In this document: positions 31,360-41,445 of the stretch, piece by piece
Layout: the number at the start of each line of letters is the position of its first letter
Position numbering within the stretch: the first letter of the stretch is position 1
Assembly (NCBI GenBank): GCA_028867075.1
Contig: JAGWGZ010000002.1
Coordinates: 1-48,650, forward strand
Reading direction: 5' to 3'
DNA from: Nanobdellota archaeon
GTDB taxonomy: Archaea; Nanobdellota; Nanobdellia; Pacearchaeales; GW2011-AR1
DNA: 48,650 nucleotides
Notes under the pieces: model-generated
Told to the model about the DNA's origin: nothing
Database searches by the model: none
What the model saw: only the letters and a program-made list of their open reading frames with translations
Position numbers and translations under genes: made by a program

Positions 31360-32586
31360 ATGGGGTTGGAGCTTGACAGTATTTTTGAATCATTTGATAA
31401 GAATACTATCTTCAAAGATAAGACTTTTCTTCAGATAAATCATCAACCTTCTGAGATTCCCCATAGAGATAATCAGATAAAACAGATAGCTTCTATACTT
31501 GCGCCTGTTTTAAGAGGGGAAAAAAGCAGTAATCTTTTTCTTTATGGAAAAACCGGAACAGGAAAGACTCTTTCTATACAGTATGTTCGTGATGAACTTT
31601 TGAAGAGAGCAATAGGAAACACTAATTTCAAGCTAAGGATAGAGTACCTTAACTGCAAATTAAGGAAGATCTCAGATACAGAATACAGGATATTGGCGGA
31701 AATGATAAAAAAACTAGGCGGAGAGATTCCAGATACCGGTCTTCCCACAGAAGCTGTTTATAATAAATTCATAAAAATAATCGATTCTGAAAAACAACTG
31801 ATTGTTCTCATTCTTGACGAGATTGACCAGGCAGTCAAGAAGATATCAAGCGATTTTCTTTATAACCTTACCAGACTTAACTCTGAACTCTCCAAGACGC
31901 AGATTTGCATTGTCGGAATAAGCAACAATCTCACTTTCCTGGATGAACTTGATCCGCGTGTAAGAAGTTCGCTTTCAGAAGAAGAAGTCGTTTTCCCCCC
32001 TTATAATGCATTGCAGCTGCAGGATATTCTGAAAAAGAGGGCACAATCCGCATTCAAGGAAAATGTTCTCCAGGAAGGGGTCATTGCAAAGTGCGCTGCA
32101 TTTGCAGCGCGGGAGCACGGGGATGCGAGAAGGGCGCTTGATTTACTGAGGGTTGCGGGAGAGCTTGCAGAAAGGGAGAATTCCGGAAAAATTCTGCTTA
32201 AGCATATAGATGAAGCAAATAACAAGATTGAAAAGGACAAAATAATCGATGTCATCTCTTCAGAACCAAAACAATTTCAATATGTTCTGCATTCAATAAT
32301 TTATCTTTCAGAGCAAAGAAATAAAGATAAACAACACCACTCCGAACCAATCTTTACTGGAGATGTCTACAATTATTACAAGGAAAACATAAAAACTAAA
32401 ATGGAAATCCTGACTCAGAGGAGAGTGAGCGATATCATCCAGGAGTTTGACATGCTTGGGATTATTAACGTAAGAGTCATCTCAAAAGGGCGTGGTGGGA
32501 GAATGAGGGAGATAAAACTTGCAATATCTAATGATATCATAGAAAAAGCCAAGGAGATAATTAAGGATTCACTGCAATTCTTGTGA
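31360..32586 (+). CDS. cdc6: Orc1/Cdc6 replication initiator
   Basis: LFLYGKTGTGKT (Walker A), LILDEID (Walker B), GDARRALDLLR (sensor 2) and a C-terminal winged helix. I prefer the ATG at 31360 because the GTG at 31342 lies inside the ORB-like element. Confidence 0.9.
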   Translation: MGLELDSIFESFDKNTIFKDKTFLQINHQPSEIPHRDNQIKQIASILAPVLRGEKSSNLFLYGKTGTGKTLSIQYVRDELLKRAIGNTNFKLRIEYLNCKLRKISDTEYRILAEMIKKLGGEIPDTGLPTEAVYNKFIKIIDSEKQLIVLILDEIDQAVKKISSDFLYNLTRLNSELSKTQICIVGISNNLTFLDELDPRVRSSLSEEEVVFPPYNALQLQDILKKRAQSAFKENVLQEGVIAKCAAFAAREHGDARRALDLLRVAGELAERENSGKILLKHIDEANNKIEKDKIIDVISSEPKQFQYVLHSIIYLSEQRNKDKQHHSEPIFTGDVYNYYKENIKTKMEILTQRRVSDIIQEFDMLGIINVRVISKGRGGRMREIKLAISNDIIEKAKEIIKDSLQFL

Positions 32587-34154
32587 TCATGCTCATGGAC
32601 CAACGGGAAATACTTAATTTTTGCATAGAGAGGGGAATACTCTTAGATAAAGATGTTCTGAGTTTGTTCAGCGAGGCAGGGGACATGGAGTCTGTGCGCC
32701 TCATGATAGAAAAGATAAGGGAGAACACTCATCAGAAGGTGATAACGAAGAGCATTTTTACGAACGGAATAAAGAACATCACTGTTGAAAACTTTCCGCA
32801 GACCAGCCAGACAAATCTAGAGAGGCTTAAAATCAGGCTTGGACTGGAACTGGAGATTTCAAAAGAATATTCTTTAATTGAAAATAAGAACCCTGTCCTT
32901 GAAAGGAATTTTGAAGACAGAAGGGTAAAAGTCCAGTCTTTTCCCACCGGGAAAGACAAGAAGCTGGACGTGGATGATTTCACAGAATATTTTCGCAACA
33001 GATTCCAGAAGCTAAAATCAGTTCTCCAGGCGCATCCCAACCTGAGGAATTTAGTTTCCATAAATAAAATTTCGGGAGACAGGCAAAAGATATCCATCAT
33101 GGGGATAGTCTCTGACAAAAGCGTTACAAAAAATGGAAATATCATTCTGGAACTTGAAGATTTGACCGGAAGCACCCGCGTTTTAATAAATCAGAACAAA
33201 AAAGAGCTGTATACTGAGGCTGAGGATCTTACGCTTGATGCAATTATCGGAATTTCAGGCTCAGGAAACAGAGAGATAATTTTTGCAAATGAGCTGGTGC
33301 TCCCTGATGCAGCTATTCCTGAAAGAAAAAAATCCCCTGTAGAAGAGTATGCTGTTTTTATCGGAGATTTGCATTATGGCAGTAATCTTTTTATGAAAAA
33401 AAACTTTTTGAAATTCCTTGATTATTTAAATGGGAAAATACCAAATACACCGGAAGTCAGCAAAATAAAATATCTATTTATAGTAGGAGATCTTATTGCG
33501 GGGATTGGCATTTATCCGGAGCAGGAAATGTTCCTGGACGTTCCTGATGCAAAGAGGCAATTTGAGGAGATTGCGCAATTGCTTGGCCAGATAAGAAAAG
33601 ATATCACTATAATAATTATTCCCGGAAATCACGATTGTATCCGTTTGATGGAACCTCAGCCTCTTTTAGACAAGAAATATGCAGAACCTCTTTATAAATT
33701 AGAAAACGTTATCCTGGCAACAAACCCATGCTATGTTAATATGGGGGCACGGGAAGGTTTTCCTGGGTTTGATGTTTTGATGTACCATGGATTTTCATTC
33801 TTTTATTATGCTGATAATATCCCTTCTTTGATTCAGGCAGATGCGGGAAATGCTCCCGAGAAGATAATGAATTACTTATTGAAGTATCGGCATTTAGCCC
33901 CGACACATGCATCAGCACAGTATTTTCCACTGAATGAAGACCCTCTTGTAATAGATAAGGTGCCAGACGTTTTCTTTTCAGGGCACACCCACAAATGCGG
34001 AATAACTTTTTATAACAATGTCTTAATTATTTCCGGTTCAACATGGGAAGCAAAGACTCCTGAACAGGAAAGACGTGGCAACGAGCCTGATTTCTGCAAG
34101 GTTCCTATTATGAATCTTAAAACAGGGGGAGTGAAAATACTTGATTTTGAATGA
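32583..34154 (+). CDS. polB: DNA polymerase II (PolD) small subunit DP1
   Basis: OB-fold region, then calcineurin/MPE phosphoesterase motifs GDLHYGS, VGDLI, IPGNHD and GHTH. The start is GTG at 32583 (GTGA overlap with the cdc6 stop) or ATG at 32589 or 32595. Confidence 0.9.
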   Translation: MIMLMDQREILNFCIERGILLDKDVLSLFSEAGDMESVRLMIEKIRENTHQKVITKSIFTNGIKNITVENFPQTSQTNLERLKIRLGLELEISKEYSLIENKNPVLERNFEDRRVKVQSFPTGKDKKLDVDDFTEYFRNRFQKLKSVLQAHPNLRNLVSINKISGDRQKISIMGIVSDKSVTKNGNIILELEDLTGSTRVLINQNKKELYTEAEDLTLDAIIGISGSGNREIIFANELVLPDAAIPERKKSPVEEYAVFIGDLHYGSNLFMKKNFLKFLDYLNGKIPNTPEVSKIKYLFIVGDLIAGIGIYPEQEMFLDVPDAKRQFEEIAQLLGQIRKDITIIIIPGNHDCIRLMEPQPLLDKKYAEPLYKLENVILATNPCYVNMGAREGFPGFDVLMYHGFSFFYYADNIPSLIQADAGNAPEKIMNYLLKYRHLAPTHASAQYFPLNEDPLVIDKVPDVFFSGHTHKCGITFYNNVLIISGSTWEAKTPEQERRGNEPDFCKVPIMNLKTGGVKILDFE

Positions 34155-37100
34155 AAACAGAATCTTATTTCAGGAGATTTGATAATGAAATAAAAGAAGT
34201 TTATGAAGTTGCAGATGCAGCAAGAAGCTTGGGTTTGGACCCTGTCGCAAAAGTTGAAATCCCCCTCGCAAAAACGATGGCTGAAAAGTGCGTTGGGCTG
34301 ATCGCCACGATTTATCCTCAGATGAACGGATGCGGGATTGACAGACACATCCTTGAACTGGAAAAAATCTACGGAAAAATGGATCCTGCTGTTTCATTCA
34401 AGATTGCAGAGGACGTTGCAAAACAAAAGTTCTGTGAATTCAAAGACCTTCTTGAGGCAATTGATGCAGGAGCACGAATAGGGATGGCTTATTACACTTT
34501 AGGAGTTGTTTCTTCACCCATAGAGGGATTCACCGGGATAAAACTCATGAAGACCAGAGATGGAAAAGATTATTTTGTTGCTTATTTTTCAGGTCCGATA
34601 AGAAGCGCAAGTGCAACGGGAGCGCCTTTCTCTGCAGTCATTGTTGATTATCTAAGAGAACTTTTCGGATATGCAAAGTATGACCCAACAGAAGACGAGA
34701 TAAAAAGATACTTTGTGGAAAATACAGACTATCACGAGAGAATTACCAACCTGCAGTATATGCCGACTGAGGAAGAAGCAATCTTTTTAGCTTCTCATCT
34801 GCCTCTTCAGATAACAGGAGAACCAACCGAGAAAAAGGAAGTCTCAAGCTATAAGAATCTCCCGAGAGTTGAGACCAACTTTATCAGAGGAGGAATGTGC
34901 CTTGTATTCTCCGAGGGTTTTGCACAGAAGGCCGCAAAAGTTCTTAGACTGATTGACCAAGCAAAAAAGAACGGTATCGTTTACAGTGGATTTGATTTCT
35001 TAAAAGAATATGTTGAGGTTCATGAGAAGAGAAACAAAATCTCCAAGGAAAAGGCAGGAACAAATGTCCGGCCGACTTATATTCAGGATCTTGTTGCAGG
35101 CAGGCCCGTTTTCGGACACCCCTCAAGAAGCGGAGGGTTCAGATTAAGATATGGGAGAGGAAGAGTTTCAGGTTTTAGCGCCGCATCAATCCATCCCGCG
35201 ACAATGGGAATAAGTGATAATTTTATTGCAATAGGAACACAGCTTAAAATTGAAAAGCCCACCAAAGGAACCTGCGTTACTGTTTGCGATTCAATTGAAG
35301 GTCCAATCGTAAAATTAAAAGACGGGAGCGTTAAGAAACTAAGGACTCTTGATGAAGGGAAAAAAGCATACAAAGATACAGAAGAAATAATCTATTTTGG
35401 TGATCTTCTCTTCCCTTTCAGCGATGTCGCAAACAGAAATTCTGTTCTTGTCAAACCCGGATATGTTGAAGAGTGGTGGGCACTTGAGCTTGCAGAAAAG
35501 GACAAAAAATTCTCAGAATCAATAAACCCGTTTAAGGTCAATTTTGACGAGGCCATCAAAATAAGCAGGGAATATCAGATACCCCTGCATCCAAATCACA
35601 CTTTTTTCTGGACCCAAATTTCAAAAAGTGAGATGGATGCTCTTCTGGACTGGATTAACCATGCCCGAATAAGCGAAAAGATAATTCTCCCATATTCCCG
35701 CTCAGAAAAAGAAAAATTCAGTATTGCGAAGAGAGGATTGGAACTTCTAGGACTTGAACACGACGTCACTCTGGAAAATGTTGTAATAAGCAAAGATATA
35801 AGCAGGGCTTTATTCGCGAACATTGGAATTGATTTCAATATAATTGAGAATGAAGAGTGTTTCCTCAGGGATAATTTTGATGTTAGCAAACTTAAAAATA
35901 CTCTGAATGAATCTAAAGATGTGCTCGCTTTTGTAAATTCGGCGTCTGAATTTGAAATAAAAGACAGGGCAGGTGATTTCATTGGAACAAGGATGGGCCG
36001 TCCTGAAAAAGCAAAGCTCAGGAAGTTGACCGGGAGCCCCAATGTCCTTTTTCCCGTGGGCAAAGAAGGGGGAAGATTGAGAAGCGTTTATGAAGCGGTG
36101 AACATCGGCACCGTGCGGGGAGAATTTCCCATTAATTACTGTGAGAATTGCAATGCAGAGACAGTTTACCTAACATGCGAAAATTGCGGGCAGAAAACCA
36201 GGCAAATGTATTACTGCAGAGAGTGCGGAGAAAAGAAAACTTCTCCATGTGAAGAGCATAAGAGCATACAAACTTCTGCTTACCAAACTCTTGATATAAA
36301 ACATTACTTTGAAAAGGCGAAGCAAAGCATCGCAATTATGAAAGAGCAGATGCCGGCGCTTGTCAAGGGGGTAAGAGGAATGTCCTCAGCCGGAAAAGAA
36401 CCTGAGAACCTTGCGAAAGGAATCTTAAGAGCAAAATACAATCTTCAGGTTAACAAAGACGGAACAATAAGATTTGATGCCACAGAACTTCCGATAATAG
36501 CGTTCAAACCTAAAGAGATATCTGTCAGTGTTGAAAAATTAAGGGAACTCGGATATGACAAAGATGTTTTAGGGCAGGAACTTACAAGAGAAGATCAGAT
36601 AATTGAATTAATGCCGCATGATATCTTGTTGCCATGCCCCACAGAAGGAACTGATGAAAAAGCAGATGATGTCTTTTTCAGAATTGCAAACTTTATAGAC
36701 GATCTCCTTGTGAAATTTTACAAGAAAGAGCCTTTCTATAATCTTAAAACGCGGGATGATCTGGTGGGAAAGCTTGCTGTTTGCATGGCACCCCACAATT
36801 GTGCAGGTGTGATCTCAAGAATAATCGGATTTTCACAGGCGCAGGGGCTTTATGCCAGTCCATACATGCACGCTGCGATTAGGAGAGACTGCGACGGCGA
36901 CGAAGCGGCAGTGATGCTTCTTTTAGACGTGCTGTTAAATTTTTCCAGAAAGTTTTTACCAAGCCACCGTGGAGGAACCCAAGATGCCCCTCTTGTCCTT
37001 AACGGAAGAATAAGTGCGGGGGAAGTAGACGACCAGATTCTTGATCTGGAAGTACTTGAAGAATTTGGATACCCTCTTAGACTTTACCGCGCCGCGGAGC

Positions 37101-37645
37101 AGAGGAAGCATTCTTCAGAAGTTAAGATTCCAAGCATCAGGTCTGTTTTGAGAGAGGATAAAGATCCATTTAGGAACATCGGTTTTAGCCACGATACCAC
37201 GAATTTCAATGAGGGGGTGGTTTGTTCATCATACAAAATCTTCGGGACGATGCAGGAGAAAGTTGCACACCAAATGGCACTTGTTGAAAAAATAAGGGCT
37301 GCAGACACAGTTGATACAGTGCGCCTAACAATTGAAAGACATTTTATAAGGGACCTTAGAGGTAATCTGAGGAAGTTTTCAATGCAGGAGTTCAGATGTA
37401 TTAATTGCAATGAAATTGTCCGGAGACCTCCATTAACTGGTAGGTGCCCTGTGTGCAGGGGAAGATTAATTTTCACAGTGAATGAAGGGGGAATCAAAAA
37501 ATATCTTGAACCAGCGCTCAATCTTTCAGAGAAATATCACCTTTCAACATATTTACGCCAAAACCTTGAGTTGGTAAAGAGATATGTGGACAGCATTTTT
37601 GGGAAAGAGCCCGAGAAGCAAGAGAATCTCAAACAATGGTTCTGA
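34151..37645 (+). CDS. polC: DNA polymerase II (PolD) large subunit DP2
   Basis: 1164 aa with RRDCDGDEAAVMLLLD (catalytic acidic cluster) and several CxxC zinc modules (CENCN...CENCG, CRECG, CINCN...CPVCRG). ATGA overlap with DP1. No intein-sized insertion. Confidence 0.9.
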   Translation: MKTESYFRRFDNEIKEVYEVADAARSLGLDPVAKVEIPLAKTMAEKCVGLIATIYPQMNGCGIDRHILELEKIYGKMDPAVSFKIAEDVAKQKFCEFKDLLEAIDAGARIGMAYYTLGVVSSPIEGFTGIKLMKTRDGKDYFVAYFSGPIRSASATGAPFSAVIVDYLRELFGYAKYDPTEDEIKRYFVENTDYHERITNLQYMPTEEEAIFLASHLPLQITGEPTEKKEVSSYKNLPRVETNFIRGGMCLVFSEGFAQKAAKVLRLIDQAKKNGIVYSGFDFLKEYVEVHEKRNKISKEKAGTNVRPTYIQDLVAGRPVFGHPSRSGGFRLRYGRGRVSGFSAASIHPATMGISDNFIAIGTQLKIEKPTKGTCVTVCDSIEGPIVKLKDGSVKKLRTLDEGKKAYKDTEEIIYFGDLLFPFSDVANRNSVLVKPGYVEEWWALELAEKDKKFSESINPFKVNFDEAIKISREYQIPLHPNHTFFWTQISKSEMDALLDWINHARISEKIILPYSRSEKEKFSIAKRGLELLGLEHDVTLENVVISKDISRALFANIGIDFNIIENEECFLRDNFDVSKLKNTLNESKDVLAFVNSASEFEIKDRAGDFIGTRMGRPEKAKLRKLTGSPNVLFPVGKEGGRLRSVYEAVNIGTVRGEFPINYCENCNAETVYLTCENCGQKTRQMYYCRECGEKKTSPCEEHKSIQTSAYQTLDIKHYFEKAKQSIAIMKEQMPALVKGVRGMSSAGKEPENLAKGILRAKYNLQVNKDGTIRFDATELPIIAFKPKEISVSVEKLRELGYDKDVLGQELTREDQIIELMPHDILLPCPTEGTDEKADDVFFRIANFIDDLLVKFYKKEPFYNLKTRDDLVGKLAVCMAPHNCAGVISRIIGFSQAQGLYASPYMHAAIRRDCDGDEAAVMLLLDVLLNFSRKFLPSHRGGTQDAPLVLNGRISAGEVDDQILDLEVLEEFGYPLRLYRAAEQRKHSSEVKIPSIRSVLREDKDPFRNIGFSHDTTNFNEGVVCSSYKIFGTMQEKVAHQMALVEKIRAADTVDTVRLTIERHFIRDLRGNLRKFSMQEFRCINCNEIVRRPPLTGRCPVCRGRLIFTVNEGGIKKYLEPALNLSEKYHLSTYLRQNLELVKRYVDSIFGKEPEKQENLKQWF

Positions 37646-38845
37646 TTAAAAAAGATATAAAATGATTGTCGGGACAAGGAGACAACCCATCATTTCTGTT
37701 TTTCTTACATTCAATTGGTTGCAGTAAATTCCGGTAATGGTCGAGATTGCCAGGACAATCAGCCCGAGAAATCCGGAGAACACAACCACAATTATCGTGA
37801 GAAATACAAGAGTCATTATGGACAAAAGAGAGTAATTTATTCCGGCAATCTTTTGGGAAAGAATTTCAGCAAGAAATCTCACAAGAAAGAATGAAATTAT
37901 TCCCGTTATTAGAATGCAAACAAGGATGACTGCAAGCATTTGCCATGAAAGTGTTCCGATTATCTGATGGATTGCAGCAGCAGCTCCCGTTCGTGTTTTT
38001 GATATCGCATAAATTGAAATGAAAGAAATTCCCATCACAAGAATGTTGGTTGCTCCGACGAGAATAAGAAAACCCTTTCTTTCTGTTTTTAACAGGCTGT
38101 TTCCGAGTATTGCCGCCTGTCCGCTTCCAAGGCCGGGAAGGAAACCGCACAAAGGGGAAGCGATTATAGAGCCGATAATCGGTCTTAGAACTTTTTCTTT
38201 TGGTTTAGTAATCTGTTGTGGCGGCAATTTTACTTTTGTCCTTATGCTTGTGACAAGCATTGAACTTCCAAATAACCCCGAGAGCAAGGGAAGCAATGGT
38301 TCTTTGATGTTCATATTTAAAACACATAATCCAAGGATCCCTGAAACAGTGAATACAAAAAGCGCTGATATTTTTTTATTCTCTCCGAAAATTAGTATTG
38401 CTGATGTCAGAATTAAAATGATGGGCATGATTGAATTAATAGGCGAATATACTTTCGGGACAAGCAGAGAAAGGGGGATTGCAATTATCATCAAGATAAT
38501 CGAGGCGATTATCCCTCCCTGCGCCGATAGCATCACTGCTTCATAACCCTTCCCCTCCCTTAACATTTCATGCCCTGGAAGGACTGACAATTGTGTTTCT
38601 GAATCCGGGCATCCCAAGAAAATTGAGGGAATAAAGTCTACAAATGTATGGGTTATCGCCATGGCTGCAATGAAGATGACAAGAAAGAACGGATTCACTG
38701 CCGAAAGGATAGTCGCAGATATTCCTACGAGAAGTGCGCCGACAAGATTTATGTGAATGCCCGGGGTCAGGCCTGTAATGGTTCCTGCCAAAATCCCCAA
38801 GAGCATGAAGAGAATAAGCTCTATGAGCATTGACTGAGAAAACAT
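37646..38845 (-). CDS. TctA/DUF112-family integral membrane protein
   Basis: Polytopic, with GTITGLTPGIH and GFLPGLGSGQAA loops typical of the TctA/DUF112 family. Confidence 0.6.
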   Translation of the reverse strand: MFSQSMLIELILFMLLGILAGTITGLTPGIHINLVGALLVGISATILSAVNPFFLVIFIAAMAITHTFVDFIPSIFLGCPDSETQLSVLPGHEMLREGKGYEAVMLSAQGGIIASIILMIIAIPLSLLVPKVYSPINSIMPIILILTSAILIFGENKKISALFVFTVSGILGLCVLNMNIKEPLLPLLSGLFGSSMLVTSIRTKVKLPPQQITKPKEKVLRPIIGSIIASPLCGFLPGLGSGQAAILGNSLLKTERKGFLILVGATNILVMGISFISIYAISKTRTGAAAAIHQIIGTLSWQMLAVILVCILITGIISFFLVRFLAEILSQKIAGINYSLLSIMTLVFLTIIVVVFSGFLGLIVLAISTITGIYCNQLNVRKTEMMGCLLVPTIILYLF

Positions 38846-38873
38846 TTAATAATTATATTTGTTTGTAATTCCG

Positions 38874-39833
38874 ATGAGCGCAAACGAAAGGATGGAACTG
38901 ATAAAAAGAAATACTTCTGAGATAATCACAGAACAGGAACTGTCCTCTCTTCTGAAGAAAAAAAAGAATCCAATTGTATATTGCGGCTACGAGCCCAACG
39001 GTCCGATGCATCTCGGACATTTCGTCACAATCACAAAGCTCATGGATTTGGAAAAAGCCGGATTCAAAGTCATCATCCTTCTTGCAGATGTTCATGCAAT
39101 GTTGAACAGGAAAGGCTCGCGAGAAGAAATAAAAAAAGAAGTCGAGAACTGGGAGAAAACAATCGAAGCGATTGGATTGAAAGCCAAAATTGTCGTCGGA
39201 AGTGAATTCGAGTTTAAAGAAGATTACCAGATGGATGTAATGAATCTGGCGCAAAATTCAACGATACAAAGAGGATTGAGAAGCATGCAGGAAATTGCAA
39301 GAGATGTGGAGAACGCGACAATTTCCCAACTGTGGTATCCCCTGATGCAGGTCGCTGATATAAAACATCTTAAAGTTGATGTCGCACTCGGAGGAATGGA
39401 GCAGAGAAAAGTTCATATGATAGGAAGAGACATGAAAGACATTTTGAAATACAATTTCGCGGCGATTCACACGCCGCTCATAACTTCCCTGAAAGGGCCA
39501 GGGCAAAAAATGTCGAAGTCTGTTCCGGGTTCGGGGATAAGCATGACTGATTCGTATGAAGAAATAAAAAAGGCAATAAACAATTCTTACTGCCCTGAAA
39601 AAAACATCGAGGATAATCCTCTCCTTCAGATAATGAAACTGATTGTTTTCCCCCACCTCGGAAAAATTTCAATAAAGAGGCCCGAAAAATTCGGCGGCAA
39701 TTTGGAGGTTAATAATTACCCCGAACTCGAGAAGATTTACTCGTCGGGAAAACTTCATCCGCTTGATTTGAAATCCTGCCTGATTGAGGCTCTCGAAAAA
39801 ATAATTTCTCCGATAAGAAAAAACTGGAAATGA
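38874..39833 (+). CDS. tyrS: tyrosyl-tRNA synthetase (archaeal type)
   Basis: Collinear by eye with M. jannaschii TyrRS: IKRNTSEIITEQEL, YCGYEPNGPMHLGH (HIGH), GGMEQRKVHM, KMSKS, IKRPEKFGGNLEVN, LHPLDLK. Start set at the ATG at 38874. Confidence 0.9.
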   Translation: MSANERMELIKRNTSEIITEQELSSLLKKKKNPIVYCGYEPNGPMHLGHFVTITKLMDLEKAGFKVIILLADVHAMLNRKGSREEIKKEVENWEKTIEAIGLKAKIVVGSEFEFKEDYQMDVMNLAQNSTIQRGLRSMQEIARDVENATISQLWYPLMQVADIKHLKVDVALGGMEQRKVHMIGRDMKDILKYNFAAIHTPLITSLKGPGQKMSKSVPGSGISMTDSYEEIKKAINNSYCPEKNIEDNPLLQIMKLIVFPHLGKISIKRPEKFGGNLEVNNYPELEKIYSSGKLHPLDLKSCLIEALEKIISPIRKNWK

Positions 39834-40573
39834 ACAAAAAACCAATTGTCGCTCTCGCACAGATAAAATATTTTGACAAATCTACGACAAATAATCTTAA
39901 TAAGATTCTTTATTATATACGGAGAGCAAAAGAAGAACATGCAGATATAGTCTGCTTTCCTGAATCTTGCCTGCATAAAAAAGATTCTTTAAAAATTAAT
40001 CATGAGATAATAAAAAATATTCTGGAAGAATGCAAAAAGAATTCTATATGGTGTATCATTACTGATGATATACAGAAAAAAAATAAAAAAATATATAATA
40101 CGGCCATTTTAATCGACAGAAACGGAAAAATGAGAGGAGAATACAAGAAAATACACCTCTACGGAGACAAAACGTCCGCAGGAAATAAAGCATTTGTTTT
40201 CAAAACAGACTTTGGAAAAATAGGAATAGCAATCTGCTGGGACTTGGCATTTCCCGGGTTGTTTAGAAGAATGAAATCTATGGGTGCGCAGATTGTTTTT
40301 TGCCCCTCTATGTGGGAAGGATATGATTTGGGGATGCATAACGACGCAAAAAGAGAATTTGATATACTCAAGTCCCTTGTTCTTTCAAGGGCTTATGAGA
40401 ATATTTTCTTTGTTGCATTGTGCAACCCGACAAAGAATTCCAGATATCTCATCCCGTACTCAGTAATTTGTTCGCCGACGAAAGTGCTTAAGGAAATAAA
40501 AAGCAAGGAAGGTTTGATTGTTCAGAAGATTAATCTGGAAGAAATTAAGAAGCTTCATGAGATTCATGAGTGA
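39830..40573 (+). CDS. carbon-nitrogen hydrolase (nitrilase superfamily)
   Basis: Glu-Lys-Cys triad contexts: IVCFPE, KKIHLY, IAICWD. Confidence 0.8.
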   Translation: MNKKPIVALAQIKYFDKSTTNNLNKILYYIRRAKEEHADIVCFPESCLHKKDSLKINHEIIKNILEECKKNSIWCIITDDIQKKNKKIYNTAILIDRNGKMRGEYKKIHLYGDKTSAGNKAFVFKTDFGKIGIAICWDLAFPGLFRRMKSMGAQIVFCPSMWEGYDLGMHNDAKREFDILKSLVLSRAYENIFFVALCNPTKNSRYLIPYSVICSPTKVLKEIKSKEGLIVQKINLEEIKKLHEIHE

Positions 40574-41411
40574 TTTCTTTTTTTAGAAAATCAATAACCT
40601 TTCCTATGATTTCTTCTCTTTCTTCTTCAAAGAAATCAAAAGCGGGATCTGAGTTTACTTCAAGCACCAACCATTTTCCCTCTTTTTTTAATAGGTCAAC
40701 CCCGCAAACTTTTATTTTTACGAATCTCATGAGCCTCTTTATAATTTCAGAAAGATTCTTATCTACCGCAAACCGGCCGATTTTTTTTGCATAAACCCCC
40801 GTTGCTTTCCAGCCAGATTTGTTATACTTTATCGCGGTCTGTACAATCTTTCCGTCAATAAGAGTCACCCTGTAGCTTGGAGATTTTATGAACTCTTGCG
40901 CGATTATCGGGAGTCTTTCAGAATCTTCTTTCCAAAATCTTTTTATTATCTTCTCCGCCCGGTTAATAGTTTCGGCCTCTTCAACATATTCCCCCATTGT
41001 TCCCGAGACCCCTTTGAGTACAACGGGCCAATGATTAAATTTAATCAATTCCTCTTTTGCGGCAGTTATATTTTGCGACAGAAGAATAGTTTCCGGTACG
41101 GGAATTTTATTTTTTCTGCATTTCACATAAAACATCCACTTTTCTTCTATATAATAGAATGATTTTGAAGAATCAACCACTTTCTTTCCAAGTTCTTCCA
41201 GGGTCTTCACAAGTTCAACAGAGAACTCTTCCGCGCTGCTATTATACAAGATATCGCACCCCTTAGCTGTTTTTTCAAGTTTCTTCTCATCGATTCTGTC
41301 AATATTTATAAGAACTGTTTTTACATCTTTTTTCTTTGCCACTCTTGCGAATACCTCTTCATCTTTTGATTTTCTTCCGCTGTAGATTAGGCCAATTGTC
41401 CTCTTTTCCAT
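40545..41411 (-). CDS. ATP-grasp ligase (RimK-like)
   Basis: About 290 aa, with WPVVLKGVSGTMG, QEFI and VLEVNSDP ATP-grasp blocks. The 3' end overlaps the convergent nitrilase gene by 29 nt. Confidence 0.7.
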   Translation of the reverse strand: MEKRTIGLIYSGRKSKDEEVFARVAKKKDVKTVLINIDRIDEKKLEKTAKGCDILYNSSAEEFSVELVKTLEELGKKVVDSSKSFYYIEEKWMFYVKCRKNKIPVPETILLSQNITAAKEELIKFNHWPVVLKGVSGTMGEYVEEAETINRAEKIIKRFWKEDSERLPIIAQEFIKSPSYRVTLIDGKIVQTAIKYNKSGWKATGVYAKKIGRFAVDKNLSEIIKRLMRFVKIKVCGVDLLKKEGKWLVLEVNSDPAFDFFEEEREEIIGKVIDFLKKEITHESHEAS

Positions 41412-41445
41412 AGCCCAAAAAACATTTTTTTATATTTAAACATTC

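Noticed and set aside
34151-37645. Possible intein in the PolD large subunit
   Set aside because: The length (1164 aa) is normal for DP2, the sequence is continuous across the conserved catalytic regions, and no intein splicing blocks or homing-endonuclease motifs (for example LAGLIDADG) are visible.
32732-38546. Numerous 60-175-aa ORFs antisense to the PolD genes and the TctA-like gene (for example 32732..33175, 35596..36063, 37084..37521, 38019..38546)
   Set aside because: All are fully embedded antisense in long genes with clear homology. Their products are low-complexity, Ser/Leu/Phe-rich sequences typical of antisense frames, so they are treated as spurious. The same applies to the antisense ORFs inside the glycosyltransferase, secD/F, rfb and ribosomal protein genes.
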